Below are positions 1-9,880 of a stretch of 64,000 bases of DNA, piece by piece (the first letter of the stretch is position 1; each line of letters begins with the position of its first letter). The position numbers were made by a program, and so were the translations under genes. Under the pieces are notes generated by a model. That model ran no database searches, was not told the origin of the DNA, and saw only the letters and a list, made by a program, of their open reading frames with translations. Source of the stretch: Oscillospiraceae bacterium (GTDB taxonomy: Bacteria; Bacillota; Clostridia; Oscillospirales; Acutalibacteraceae). The stretch is taken from positions 8,459 through 72,458 of the forward strand of contig WRED01000003.1 of the NCBI GenBank assembly GCA_009779495.1, given 5' to 3'.

Positions 1-814
1 GCCTTTCGGCGTGTGCCAGGTGGGCAAAAGCTTCAGAAACGAGATCACCCCCGGCAACTTCGTTTTCCGCACCCGGGAGTTCGAGCAGATGGAGCTTGAG
101 TTCTTCTGCAGGCCGGGCACGGAGCTTGAATGGTTCGCCTACTGGAAGGACTTCTGCAAGCAGTGGCTGCTGTCTTTGGGGCTTCGCGGGGAAAATCTGC
201 GCCTGCGTGACCACGAGCAGGAGGAGCTTTCCCACTACTCCAACGCCACCACCGATTTTGAGTTTCTGTTCCCTTTCGGCTGGGGAGAGCTGTGGGGCGT
301 GGCAAGCCGCACGAACTTTGACCTCACCCAGCACCAGAATACGTCCGGCAAGAGCCTTGACTATTTCGATCAGGAAACGGGCGAGAAATACCTGCCTTTC
401 GTCGTCGAGCCGTCGCTCGGCGCGGACCGCGCCGCGCTGGCGTTTTTGTGCGACGCGTACGACGAGGAGGTCGTGGACGCCGATAAGGGCGACACAAGGG
501 TCGTGCTGCGGCTGCACCCCGCGCTTGCCCCCATCAAGGCCGCCGTGCTTCCGCTGTCGAAGAAGCTGGCCGAACCCGCTATGGAAATCTGCGCCGCGAT
601 ATCGAAAAAGTTCATGTGCGAGTACGACGACGCCGGTTCAATCGGCAAGCGTTACCGCCGCCAGGACGAGATCGGCACGCCGCTTTGCGTCACGTTCGAC
701 TTTGATTCGCTGGAGGATCATTGCGTGACCGTGCGCGACCGCGATACGATGGAACAGACGCGGATCGCGATAGACAGGCTTGCCGCCTACGTGGAAGATA
801 AAATTTCGTTTTGA
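1..814 (+). CDS. glyQS: glycine--tRNA ligase (homodimeric class II type), C-terminal part; the 5' end lies outside the window
   Basis: The frame is open from nt 2 ([35 protein letters not shown]...). The sequence is typical of the GlyRS catalytic core plus anticodon-binding domain. TGA at 812-814. Confidence 0.9.
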   Translation, partial: PFGVCQVGKSFRNEITPGNFVFRTREFEQMELEFFCRPGTELEWFAYWKDFCKQWLLSLGLRGENLRLRDHEQEELSHYSNATTDFEFLFPFGWGELWGVASRTNFDLTQHQNTSGKSLDYFDQETGEKYLPFVVEPSLGADRAALAFLCDAYDEEVVDADKGDTRVVLRLHPALAPIKAAVLPLSKKLAEPAMEICAAISKKFMCEYDDAGSIGKRYRRQDEIGTPLCVTFDFDSLEDHCVTVRDRDTMEQTRIAIDRLAAYVEDKISF

Positions 815-816
815 CG

Positions 817-852
817 CAGACTTCGAGTTGTGCGAGAAGTCTGTTGTACGGG
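817..852 (+). terminator. weak hairpin downstream of glyQS
   Basis: An 8-bp stem CAGACTTC (817-824) / GAAGTCTG (836-843) is followed by TTGT. The U-tract is poor. Confidence 0.35.
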
Positions 853-863
853 AGGCCTGACGC

Positions 864-1619
864 GTGAAAGAACACGACGATGATAAAATCACTGACATTA
901 AAAAAGGGAAGAGGGCGCAGAAAAAGCTTGAGCGCCCCCAAAAAAAAGCCATGAAAAAAAGCCTGTCAGACAGGCTGGAAAGAAAGCTCGGGCGTTTCGC
1001 GGTACGCAACCTGATGTCGCTGATCGTCTATGGCATGGCGTTGGTTTTTGTCGCGGATCTGGCGTTGTCTTTCAGCGAGGAAATCACCTTTGACCTGACG
1101 GGCATTCTTATGTTTGCCCGGGCCGAGGTGCTGCACGGGCAGGTCTGGCGGCTGTTTTCGTTCATATTCATCCCGCCTGAGTCAAGTATCATTTTTATCA
1201 TCTTCGCCTTATATCTGTACTGGATGATGGGTTCGGCGCTTGAGCGGGAATGGGGCCGGTTCAAGTTCAATGTTTTTTACCTCTTCGGCGTTATCGGCAC
1301 GATCATATCCGGGTTTATTGCCGGGTTCGCCACAAGCCACTATTTAAACATGTCCATCTTTTTTGCTTTCGCGATCCTTTTTCCGAATTTTGAGCTTCGC
1401 CTCTTTTTTATCCTGCCGATCAAGATCAAGTATCTGGCCTGGCTGAACGCCGCGTATTTCCTTTTCGCGCTTATATTCAACCCGCTTATGCATAAGCTTG
1501 CCGTCGCCGCCGCGCTCCTGAATATAGCGCTGTTTTTCGGCAAAGATTTTATACGTTCCATAAAAAATGTTTACCGCAGGGCAAAATGGAGAAGAGATAC
1601 CAAAAAAAAGAAAGATTAA
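864..1619 (+). CDS. rhomboid-fold-like polytopic membrane protein; no catalytic motifs evident
   Basis: GTG start lies 8 nt after GGGAGG (850-855). A basic N-terminal tail is followed by 5-6 hydrophobic helices. GQVWRLFSFIFIP and YWMMGSALEREWG resemble rhomboid TM motifs, but no GxSG or His pair was seen. Confidence 0.45.
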   Translation: MKEHDDDKITDIKKGKRAQKKLERPQKKAMKKSLSDRLERKLGRFAVRNLMSLIVYGMALVFVADLALSFSEEITFDLTGILMFARAEVLHGQVWRLFSFIFIPPESSIIFIIFALYLYWMMGSALEREWGRFKFNVFYLFGVIGTIISGFIAGFATSHYLNMSIFFAFAILFPNFELRLFFILPIKIKYLAWLNAAYFLFALIFNPLMHKLAVAAALLNIALFFGKDFIRSIKNVYRRAKWRRDTKKKKD

Positions 1620-1712
1620 CTTCCTTTTTTGTACCGATGCTCGTTTCACGCCTGATTGTATTTCGCCGCACGAATGCGGACGCCGAATAAATTCGGCGGA
1701 TGGAGGTTCGCC

Positions 1713-2177
1713 ATGAAAAAAAAGATCTTCATAATCACCCTTGCCCTCGCCGCCGTCGCGTTTATCGCGGTTGTGATTTTTTCGCTGCTTTCGACAGGCG
1801 GCGGGAATAAGCCGTCCGGCCTCAAGCTGCTCGCCGCCGAAAGCACCTACTCCCATTACGAGATACGCAACCGTGAGGCGTACCTCTTTTACACCGTCAC
1901 CCTGTCGAACGAAACGGGAGAGAAGATCGAGCACGCGAAGCTCTGCGGCACGTTCAAGGCGGATTTCGCAAGCGGTTTTATCCTGAAAGAGGACGCTTTC
2001 GCCAAGGCTATCCTGACTGGGCAGGAGACATTCTTCCTGGAGCCGGGCGAAAGGGTCACGCTGCATCTTGCTTTCATGGCAAGCTACTACAAAAACAGCG
2101 GTTCGCCGTCAAGGGAGTTGCCCGTTATTACGTTGTTTACTCCTGAGGAGGAGATAATAGCAGAACTCATAAAATAA
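1713..2177 (+). CDS. hypothetical membrane-anchored protein
   Basis: ATG at 1713 is preceded by GGATGGAGG. N-terminal MKKKIFIITLALAAVAFIAVVIF is a signal or anchor sequence. No recognisable domain. Confidence 0.55.
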   Translation: MKKKIFIITLALAAVAFIAVVIFSLLSTGGGNKPSGLKLLAAESTYSHYEIRNREAYLFYTVTLSNETGEKIEHAKLCGTFKADFASGFILKEDAFAKAILTGQETFFLEPGERVTLHLAFMASYYKNSGSPSRELPVITLFTPEEEIIAELIK

Positions 2178-2198
2178 CTAAAAAAGGTGGTATTTGTG

Positions 2199-4010
2199 AT
2201 GTCAATGAAACTCAAAAAAATCCTGGCTGTCACCCTGGCGCTCACTCTTTTAGTATCCGCGGCGTCTTTCGGCATGTATTCCCGCGCAGAGACGCTGACT
2301 GAATGCAACGGTGACTGCGGCTACGCGCCGGGCATTGTGATTCCCGGAATCTTCCAGTCGGACACGTTTATGCTCGACGAAAACGGCGAAATGGTAACGG
2401 ACTCCAACGGCAAGCCGCTTACCCAGCTCATGGTCGACCTGGGGACGATGGATATCGTGAAAATCGTCTTTAAGGCGATCGTCCCGCTTTTGCTGACGCT
2501 TGTGCTTCAGCGCGACATGAAGCTGTCCGACACGGTCGGCGCGCTTGTGGCCGACGTGCTGTCCGGCAACGCCAAAGACAATGACGGCAACCACATCAAC
2601 AACATCGGCGTCGTCAAGTACAAAAAAAGCCTCGCGGCCTGCAGCGAGAAAGAGAAAAACGACATCTACAACACCATCCCGCTCAAGGGCTATTCCGACA
2701 TAGCGGGCGAGGATCACCTCTACTTTTTCGCCTACAATTCCTTTGATTCCATTGAGGCGCTGGCGGATGAGCTGTATGAGTTCATCCAGCAGGTCAAGCA
2801 GGAAACGGGGCACTCCAAAATCAACATCGCGCCCATCAGCCAGGGCGGAACCATCGCCAATATGCTGTTTGAGAAGTATCCGCAGGTCGCGGATGATCTC
2901 AACCGCGTGGTATATATCGTTCCCGCGCTGGACGGCTCAATGCTCGTGGGCGAGATCGTCTCGGGCAACTTTATCAAGGACGACGACATGCTGTACGCCC
3001 GGCTGTTCCCGATGCTTGTGGGCGAGGACAACTGGATGTCCTACTTCATCAACATCGCGCTGCGCGCCCTGCCGAAGAACGTGACTTTCGCCATAATCGA
3101 TAAGACTGTCGAGTCGCTTTTGCAGACGGTTATACTCAACTGCACCGCCTTGTGGGCGCTCGTACCGCAGAGGTACTATCCCGCTTTGGCGGAAAAATAT
3201 CTCTCCGGCAGTGACCGCCAGAAAATCAAGGCCGAAACAGAGCGGTATTATCAGGCACAGGTCAACTCCAGGGCGAACATACTCAAAATGCAAGCCGATG
3301 GAGTCAAGTTCTTCAACATCGTCGACTACGACTTCCTGCTCTACCCGCTGTTCTCCGGCTGGGATACGGTCAACGGCGACGGCGTGATACATCTTGACTC
3401 GTCGTCAATCGGCGCGGTGAGCGGCGCCGTCGGCGAGAAGCTGCCCGAGGGCTATGTGGAAAAGGGCACCTACTGCGACTGCGGCGGAAGCCATATTTCC
3501 CCCGACGGCATCGTTGACGCGTCCGCCGGCGTGCTGTGCGAGACCTCCTTCTACTTCAAGGGGCAGGACCATGAGGGTACGGGGCGCAACGACGTTATTA
3601 TGCGGCTGGCGATAGAGCTGCTGTCCGACGAAAATTTCACGAGCGTACACTCCTATCCCGACGCATATCCGCAGTTCAATGTGGGACGCGAGTCCAAGGG
3701 CCTGCGCAACTCTCTCCCCTGGATAAAGGATATAGACCAAAGCGCGTTGAGCGATGAGGACAAGGCTGAACTGAACGCCGCCATCGAGCAGTGTGAGGCC
3801 ATGTTGGCCAAGACCGTCGTCGTGCCCGGCGAGTTTGAGGCGGCGAACGCGAGGCTTAACGCCATACTCATCAAAATCGGCGCCAGAAACGCGCCCTCTG
3901 AGCCGAGCGCAGCCATGGACATCCTCACGTTTTTGATGAAGTTTTTCAGTGACTCCGCATATAAAGTCGTCGGCCCGAGAGGATTTTCGGATATATTCAG
4001 GTTCTGGTAA
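2199..4010 (+). CDS. secreted alpha/beta-hydrolase-like protein (lipase/esterase-like)
   Basis: ATG lies 8 nt after AAAGGTGG. Signal peptide MSMKLKKILAVTLALTLLVSAASFG. A nucleophile-elbow-like segment INIAPISQGGTIANMLF is present. The start could also be 2187 or 2196. Confidence 0.5.
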   Translation: MSMKLKKILAVTLALTLLVSAASFGMYSRAETLTECNGDCGYAPGIVIPGIFQSDTFMLDENGEMVTDSNGKPLTQLMVDLGTMDIVKIVFKAIVPLLLTLVLQRDMKLSDTVGALVADVLSGNAKDNDGNHINNIGVVKYKKSLAACSEKEKNDIYNTIPLKGYSDIAGEDHLYFFAYNSFDSIEALADELYEFIQQVKQETGHSKINIAPISQGGTIANMLFEKYPQVADDLNRVVYIVPALDGSMLVGEIVSGNFIKDDDMLYARLFPMLVGEDNWMSYFINIALRALPKNVTFAIIDKTVESLLQTVILNCTALWALVPQRYYPALAEKYLSGSDRQKIKAETERYYQAQVNSRANILKMQADGVKFFNIVDYDFLLYPLFSGWDTVNGDGVIHLDSSSIGAVSGAVGEKLPEGYVEKGTYCDCGGSHISPDGIVDASAGVLCETSFYFKGQDHEGTGRNDVIMRLAIELLSDENFTSVHSYPDAYPQFNVGRESKGLRNSLPWIKDIDQSALSDEDKAELNAAIEQCEAMLAKTVVVPGEFEAANARLNAILIKIGARNAPSEPSAAMDILTFLMKFFSDSAYKVVGPRGFSDIFRFW

Positions 4011-4073
4011 CATATAATAACTATAGCCCACCTCTAAAAACTGTCATTAGATGAACGAAAGAAGGGAGATCGT

Positions 4074-5282
4074 ATGGATCAAAAAATAAAACACGCGGGA
4101 TATCGGTCGTATCAGGGAATGATGCGCGTGGCTTCCGGCTTTGTGGACTGGTCTCAGCCCGACGTGCTCCGCGGCGCGGGCTGTGTCAAAAAGCTCGCTG
4201 TGCTGCTGATGTCCAGAGGCGTCAGCAACGCGCTGGTCGTTACCGACAAGGGACTGGTTGACTTTCATTTGATCGACGGTCTGCTCGAGGAGCTTCGGAA
4301 AGAAAAGATCAAATACACGCTTTATGACGGCGTCCAGCCGAATCCGACCGTCGAAAACGTCGAGGAGGCGCGCCAGCTGTTTTTGGACGCCGAGTGCGAC
4401 GCCATCGTCGCTTTCGGCGGCGGTTCGCCCATGGACTGCGCGAAGGCCGCCGGCGCGAGGATATCAAATCCCAACACGCCGGTCCAAAAGCTGCGGGGCC
4501 AGCTGAAGGTGTACAAAAGGCCGCCTCTCCTGTTCGCCGTTCCGACGACGGCGGGCTCAGGCTCCGAGGCCACGGTCAGCGCTGTGGTTTTAGACGAAGC
4601 GGCCCATGAAAAGTACGCCATCAACGACCCGAAGCTGCGCCCGAAATACGTGGTTCTCGACCCTGAGCTTACCGTGGGCCTGCCGCCGCACATCACGGCC
4701 ATCACGGGCATGGACGCGCTGACCCACGCGGTGGAATCGTATATCGGCCGCAGCAACACAAAGCAGACGCGCGGCAACGCGGAGAAAGCCGTCAAGCTGA
4801 TCTTTGAGAATCTGGAGAAAGCGTATCAGAGCGGGGAAAACATGGAGGCGCGGGAAAACATGCTGATCGCCGCCTACCACGCGGGACTCGCGTTCACGCG
4901 GGCGTATGTGGGCTACGTCCACGCCATCGCCCATGCCATAGGCGGGCTGTACGGCACACCCCACGGCCTTGCCACCGCCGTCATACTCCCCTATGTGCTT
5001 GACTATTACGGCGAAAGCGTCGCGGCCGACCTGGACGATCTCGCAGAGTTGGTCGGCATCGACCGGGAAAGCAATGGTGAAAGCCCCCACGCGTTCATCA
5101 CGGCCATACGGGAGATGAGCGCACGGATGGACATCCCCGAGACGTTTGACGTGATCAAAGACGAGGACGTCGCGCTGATCGTCAGCCGCGCGCTGGAAGA
5201 GGCAAACCCGCTGTACCCCGTGCCGAAGATCATGGACGCCGCCGACTGTGAAACGATCATCCGGCAAATCATGGGAAACTGA
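4074..5282 (+). CDS. iron-containing (group III) alcohol dehydrogenase
   Basis: GGGSPMDCAKAA nucleotide-binding motif and the His-rich metal site VHAIAHAIGGLYGTPHG. RBS AAGGGAG. Confidence 0.9.
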   Translation: MDQKIKHAGYRSYQGMMRVASGFVDWSQPDVLRGAGCVKKLAVLLMSRGVSNALVVTDKGLVDFHLIDGLLEELRKEKIKYTLYDGVQPNPTVENVEEARQLFLDAECDAIVAFGGGSPMDCAKAAGARISNPNTPVQKLRGQLKVYKRPPLLFAVPTTAGSGSEATVSAVVLDEAAHEKYAINDPKLRPKYVVLDPELTVGLPPHITAITGMDALTHAVESYIGRSNTKQTRGNAEKAVKLIFENLEKAYQSGENMEARENMLIAAYHAGLAFTRAYVGYVHAIAHAIGGLYGTPHGLATAVILPYVLDYYGESVAADLDDLAELVGIDRESNGESPHAFITAIREMSARMDIPETFDVIKDEDVALIVSRALEEANPLYPVPKIMDAADCETIIRQIMGN

Positions 5283-5305
5283 GCGAAAGATTTATTTAAC
5301 GCGAA

Positions 5306-5340
5306 AAGGGGCGGATTGAATTCCGCCCTTAAGTTAATTA
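5306..5340 (+). terminator. putative intrinsic terminator after the alcohol dehydrogenase gene
   Basis: Stem GGGCGGA (5309-5315) / TCCGCCC (5322-5328) is followed by a T-rich tract, TTAAGTTAATTAT. Confidence 0.5.
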
Positions 5341-5343
5341 TAG

Positions 5344-5805
5344 ATGAAAGTGGATGAAATTTTGAAAAAAGCAATTATCGCTTGCTTGGCAATAGTATTA
5401 GTCGCCGCGGGAGCTGTTTCGTTTTTTGTTTACGGCTATTATCGTCAGCCGTTAGTCACGGGAAACGTCAAGAATTTGTCTACAATAACTGTCATTAAAG
5501 ACGGTTTCAATCAAGACGGAATAAAAAAAGCTCTGGCGCCGTCAGACGCAAAAGCTCTGTTCGAGGAAATTAAAGGCACAAAGACAATGGCCGTAAGACA
5601 CCCTAAGCAGCTTGACCGTATGCATCTTGACTCATTATATATAATCGAAGTATATTATAAAAATGGAAAAGTGGATACGATTTACACGACAGAGGTACTG
5701 AAACTTTTCAGATTTATTGATACCAAAGGCCCGGATGGTGATTCGGGTTATATGTTAAGCAGTAAAAACGAAAAAATATTTTCCCTGCTGGAAAATTACT
5801 TTTAA
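5344..5805 (+). CDS. hypothetical membrane-anchored protein in an AT-rich islet
   Basis: 153-aa ORF with one N-terminal TM helix (AIIACLAIVLVAAGAVSFFVYGYY). A hand count of one 60-nt line gives about 30% GC, against about 58-60% in the flanks. The RBS is weak. Confidence 0.5.
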   Translation: MKVDEILKKAIIACLAIVLVAAGAVSFFVYGYYRQPLVTGNVKNLSTITVIKDGFNQDGIKKALAPSDAKALFEEIKGTKTMAVRHPKQLDRMHLDSLYIIEVYYKNGKVDTIYTTEVLKLFRFIDTKGPDGDSGYMLSSKNEKIFSLLENYF

Positions 5806-5867
5806 TTCCTTGAAAGATACATACGGATTCAATCGTATGCCAATATCTGAATAAGGATAGATAAATT

Positions 5868-6749
5868 ATGAGCTTTGACATTGTAACCGACTCGCCGGCA
5901 AACCTCCCCGCTGATCTGATCGAAAAATACGGCATACACGTGCTGAACCTGCCCATATTCGCCGGAGCAACAGAATATCCGAGCTACGAAAAGGGCCGTG
6001 ACTCCTATCAGATGTTCTACGACATGATGCTCGCCGGGCAGGAGCTTACCTCCTCCCAAACCGGCCCCGCCGAATGCGAGCGGGTATTCGGCGGCATTTT
6101 GGCGCGGGGGCGCGATTTGCTTTACCTGGGCTTCTCGTCCACCTTGAGCGGAACGTATCAAAACGCCGCCATCGCCGCCGCCGATCTGCGGGAAAAATAT
6201 CCTGAAAGAAAAGTCCTGACCGTCGATACGCTGTCCGCTTCAGCGGCGCAGGGATTGCTTGTGCTCAAGGCCGCGGACATGCGCGGCGAGGGGCGCGGCA
6301 TTGAGGAAACGGCCGCCTGGGTCGAGGAAAACCGCCTGCGCGTGTGCCACTATTTTACGGTTGACGATTTGAAGTACCTGAGGCGCGGCGGACGGATATC
6401 CGGCTCGGCAGCGGCCATGGGAACGGTTCTCAGCATCAAGCCAGTGCTGACAATGGACAGAAACGGGCGGCTCGTTCCCGCCGGCAAGGTTCGCGGCAGG
6501 AAAGCGGCGCTCAACGCCCTTGTCGAATATATGCGGGAGAAGCTTGACCTTTCGGCGGAGCTTTCGGCTTCCGATCCCCCTGTATTCATTGCCCATGCCG
6601 ACTGCCCGGACGACGCCGCGTACCTCGAGGGCAGAATCAAAGAGCTGTACGGAACGCCGGAGGTTAGGACGGTCATGCTCAATCCCCTGATCGGCAGTCA
6701 CACGGGGCCGGGGACGATCGCGCTGTTCTTTTTCTGCAAAGAAAGATAA
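5868..6749 (+). CDS. DegV family fatty-acid-binding protein
   Basis: The N-terminus MSFDIVTDSPANLPADLIEKYGIHVLNL and the overall length are typical of the DegV/EDD fold. RBS AAGGA. Confidence 0.85.
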   Translation: MSFDIVTDSPANLPADLIEKYGIHVLNLPIFAGATEYPSYEKGRDSYQMFYDMMLAGQELTSSQTGPAECERVFGGILARGRDLLYLGFSSTLSGTYQNAAIAAADLREKYPERKVLTVDTLSASAAQGLLVLKAADMRGEGRGIEETAAWVEENRLRVCHYFTVDDLKYLRRGGRISGSAAAMGTVLSIKPVLTMDRNGRLVPAGKVRGRKAALNALVEYMREKLDLSAELSASDPPVFIAHADCPDDAAYLEGRIKELYGTPEVRTVMLNPLIGSHTGPGTIALFFFCKER

Positions 6750-6787
6750 TCCGGCAATTTGAACCACGAGTTAAAAATTTTGATGAA

Positions 6788-6836
6788 CCCCTATCCCCCC
6801 TGCAAGGGGGGGATGGCACGCAGTGACAGGGGGGTA
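6788..6836. repeat. solo diverged arm of the CCCCTGCAAGGGG palindromic repeat family
   Basis: Hairpin CCCCCC-TGCAA-GGGGGG (6795-6812). By eye about 34 of 45 nt match one arm of the 34841-34957 inverted repeat. Confidence 0.45.
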
Positions 6837-6843
6837 ATAAAAC

Positions 6844-6885
6844 AACGGTTCGGAAAAATCACTTTCCGAACCGTTATTGTTTTTA
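6844..6885. terminator. bidirectional intrinsic terminator between degV (+) and the 601-aa membrane protein gene (-)
   Basis: A perfect 13-bp stem AACGGTTCGGAAA (6844-6856) / TTTCCGAACCGTT (6863-6875) is followed by ATTGTTTTT. Confidence 0.8.
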
Positions 6886-6896
6886 TACGTGATACG

Positions 6897-8702
6897 TTAT
6901 TCTGCCGCTTCCTCCGTCAGCCTCTCCATCGGTCTGCTTTGGAACGCCGGCGCGTCAACCCGCTCAAGCTTCGTCAGCGCAATGATATCATCCTCGCTCT
7001 CCTCGGCTGTCAGCTTGACCGAGTCACCCTTGTTCAGGATGATCGCAGCCTCGCTCTTTTCCGCCGCAATCGAATAGTACGCCGCGCCGCCCTCAAGCCG
7101 GATATAGTACACCGTCCCGCCGCTTATAACCGCCGAGCGTATATCCGCGATAACGCCCTCGATTACATTCGCTTTGGGAGCGCCGGGCGCGTTCGGATCA
7201 CTGCCTTCGGGCGGAACAACCAGGTTACTGCCCACGCTGATTCCCTCTTTCTTGAGGCCGGCGGTGTAATTTTCAAGGCACTGGGCAAGCGTATTGCCGG
7301 AAACCTTGATCTTATTGTACTGCCGCACGTTGACCATGGCGTACAGCTGCACGACGTTGTTCGCGTCCTTGAGGGACATGAAGTACGTTGGCTCTCCCGC
7401 GATATTCAGCAGGATGGGGAAAGAGGCCTTGTACTCAAACTGCTGGACAAGACCCTCCGCGGTTTTCTGCGCCGTGGACTCTTTCGCGCCGCTGACGCGG
7501 TACAGCACAGTCTCTTTCGTGCGCTGGTTGACCAAGAGGAAGCCGATGATCGACTGGTCAGCCGTCACAGAGGTTACGCCGGTGTATATCCATACGTCAT
7601 CATCCTGGGCGATGTAGTTGTTGTCCTCGGTCGTTTCCAAGCAGTCGTCCTGACCCAAAAGCGAGTTCCAAAAGCCCTTGCGGTATTTGCCGTAGAAGTC
7701 GAACTGCTCGATGATAAGCGAGGATGAGTATACTCTGTCAATCCACCGCAGCTCCGGGTCGTTTTTCAGGTCATCCCCGGTATAATAGACGCACTCGCCC
7801 GTTATGGCGTCAACCAGCACGATGCCGATGATGTCTCTCCCTCCGAACAGCCCGATCGTCTTGTCGATCCTGGCGCATATCCAGTAAGGATACCCACTTT
7901 CGTCAATCTCAAAAGACGGTTCCTCAAAAATATACCCGGGATACTCAAAGCGGATGACGCGCTTAACATGGCGTCCGAAGTGATCGGCCAGCGAATACTT
8001 GATGCTTTGCTCCAAAGCGATGAAATCCGCCCTCTCGTTGGCTGCGTCGACGATGATATAGCCAGGCAAGCCGTTATTCCGATTGGTGTACCACTTTATG
8101 ATGCTCGCGTACTGGAGCGTCGCTACTCGCACGGGCGTATTCTTATAGTTAATCTGGTGATAGCTCGGAAAAATGGTGAACTGCGAAACGTAGCCCATGC
8201 TCTCCAGCTCGCCCAGCGCGCGGGAGGCCAGGTTCGCGGCGGAGGTTTCGTCGAACTTGGGAACCTTGCCGAAGTCAGGCTCGGATATTTCCGAGGCAAA
8301 ATCACTGTCCGTGCGGACGCTGATGATCTCACTGTAGGCTTTCGCGCGAAACAGCTGGCTGCCCACGACGTAGCCGACGCCCGCCACAAGCGCCAAAATC
8401 AATACGGCGATAACCGGTATCTTCGAGTGCTTTTTCACATAGGGGACGTACTCCGGCTTGACGACGGCGGCCGACAGCACAGCCAAAAACGCGATAAACG
8501 ACACGAATACGATCCCGATAAAATAGTAGAACTCGATGGCCTTGAGGTTCATGGGGGGCAGCATGAAGTAGTAAGCGACTACGGCCGTGATCAGCGACAG
8601 GATAACTGAAATAACAATTTTCAGCCCGGCCCTCTCCGGCGGGATGACGATTGGCTTTTTATCGCCGCCTTTGCCTGAAAAATCAACCTTGATTGGATCC
8701 AT
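6897..8702 (-). CDS. conserved hypothetical membrane protein with a large extracytoplasmic domain
   Basis: ATG at 8702 lies 8 nt after AAAGGAG. The ORF-track start at 8723 is a TTG. Three N-terminal TM helices are followed by a soluble region of about 450 aa. No motif was recognised. Confidence 0.7.
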   Translation of the reverse strand: MDPIKVDFSGKGGDKKPIVIPPERAGLKIVISVILSLITAVVAYYFMLPPMNLKAIEFYYFIGIVFVSFIAFLAVLSAAVVKPEYVPYVKKHSKIPVIAVLILALVAGVGYVVGSQLFRAKAYSEIISVRTDSDFASEISEPDFGKVPKFDETSAANLASRALGELESMGYVSQFTIFPSYHQINYKNTPVRVATLQYASIIKWYTNRNNGLPGYIIVDAANERADFIALEQSIKYSLADHFGRHVKRVIRFEYPGYIFEEPSFEIDESGYPYWICARIDKTIGLFGGRDIIGIVLVDAITGECVYYTGDDLKNDPELRWIDRVYSSSLIIEQFDFYGKYRKGFWNSLLGQDDCLETTEDNNYIAQDDDVWIYTGVTSVTADQSIIGFLLVNQRTKETVLYRVSGAKESTAQKTAEGLVQQFEYKASFPILLNIAGEPTYFMSLKDANNVVQLYAMVNVRQYNKIKVSGNTLAQCLENYTAGLKKEGISVGSNLVVPPEGSDPNAPGAPKANVIEGVIADIRSAVISGGTVYYIRLEGGAAYYSIAAEKSEAAIILNKGDSVKLTAEESEDDIIALTKLERVDAPAFQSRPMERLTEEAAE

Positions 8703-8853
8703 TTCTTCATCTCCTTTATACAATTATTTTTATTATACAGGATTTCTGTCACGAATACAAGTGTTTTTTGTGAACAAGTATCAAAAAACACTTGACTATT
8801 TATCTTCGCTGCCGTAAAATATATGTACTTAACTATTTATCGGAGGGCAAAAA

Positions 8854-9864
8854 ATGAAAGTATTTATGATCGGCGGAACCGGACTCTTAGGCTGCGCGGC
8901 GGCCCAGCTTTTTCTCGACAGGGGGCACGCAGTAAAATCAATCGCGCTTCCTCCGCTGCCGGAGGGCGCGCCCATCCCAAAGGAAATGGAACTCAGCTTC
9001 GGCAACTACCTCGAGATGTCGGACGATGAGTTGAAAGCCGCCATGGAGGGCTGCGACTGCTTCGTGTTCGCGGCGGGCGTGGACGAAAGGGTTGAGTTTC
9101 CCGCGCCGGTGTACGAGTCGTACAAGAAGTACAACATTGATCCCGTCAACAGGCTGCTCGCGATCGCGAAGGAATGCGGCGTGAAAAGCTCCGTGATTTT
9201 AGGCTCATATTTCACGTACTTCGCCAAGGAATTTCCCGAAATGAAGCTCTATGACAAGCATCCGTACATACGCAGCCGCGTGGATCAGGAAAAAGCCGCG
9301 CTGTCTTTCGCCGATTCGAGCATGGACGTCGCCGTGCTTGAGCTACCCTACATTTTCGGGACGCAGCCGGGCCGCCGCCCCGTGTGGGTCATTCTCATCG
9401 AGCAGCTGGCCGGCATGGGCAAAACAACCATGTACCCCAAGGGCGGCACCGCTATGCTCACCGTCCGCCAAGTCGCGGAAAGCATTGTCGGCGCGGCCGA
9501 ACGTAACAAGGGCGGCAACGCCTATCCCATCAGCTACTACAACCTCAGCTGGGACGAGTTCCTCAAAATCGTCCACACGGCCATGGGCCAGCCCGACAGG
9601 AAAATCATCCATATCACAAACTGGATGTTCAAGCTGTACGGCGTGAAGCTCAACAGGGATTTCAAGAAAAAGGGCGTGGACATGGGCATAAACCCTGTCG
9701 GGCTTGCCGATATTATGTGCATGAACACGTTCATCGACAACAAGTGGTCGGTCAGCCTGGGCGTCACGGACGACGACATCGACAGCGCTATTTTCGACTC
9801 GGTCAAGCTTTCCGTGGACGCGTATACGGGCAAAAAGAAGCTGCTTGATATGAAAGGCGAATAA
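8854..9864 (+). CDS. NAD(P)-dependent epimerase/dehydratase (extended SDR) family protein
   Basis: Rossmann motif MKVFMIGGTGLLG at the N-terminus. RBS GGAGGG. Confidence 0.8.
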   Translation: MKVFMIGGTGLLGCAAAQLFLDRGHAVKSIALPPLPEGAPIPKEMELSFGNYLEMSDDELKAAMEGCDCFVFAAGVDERVEFPAPVYESYKKYNIDPVNRLLAIAKECGVKSSVILGSYFTYFAKEFPEMKLYDKHPYIRSRVDQEKAALSFADSSMDVAVLELPYIFGTQPGRRPVWVILIEQLAGMGKTTMYPKGGTAMLTVRQVAESIVGAAERNKGGNAYPISYYNLSWDEFLKIVHTAMGQPDRKIIHITNWMFKLYGVKLNRDFKKKGVDMGINPVGLADIMCMNTFIDNKWSVSLGVTDDDIDSAIFDSVKLSVDAYTGKKKLLDMKGE

Positions 9865-9880
9865 ATAAGGAAAAACTCTC

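Noticed and set aside
6759-7727. Long plus-strand ORF (322 aa) antisense to the 601-aa membrane protein gene. Similar long antisense ORFs occur elsewhere, for example 9959-10768 (-), 15922-16629 (+), 19022-19885 (+), 25888-27072 (-), 33882-34763 (+) and 41237-41878 (-).
   Set aside because: They are Arg/Ala/Gly/His-rich, low-complexity translations. That is typical of shadow ORFs opposite genuine genes in GC-rich DNA. In each case the opposite strand encodes a protein with clear family motifs.
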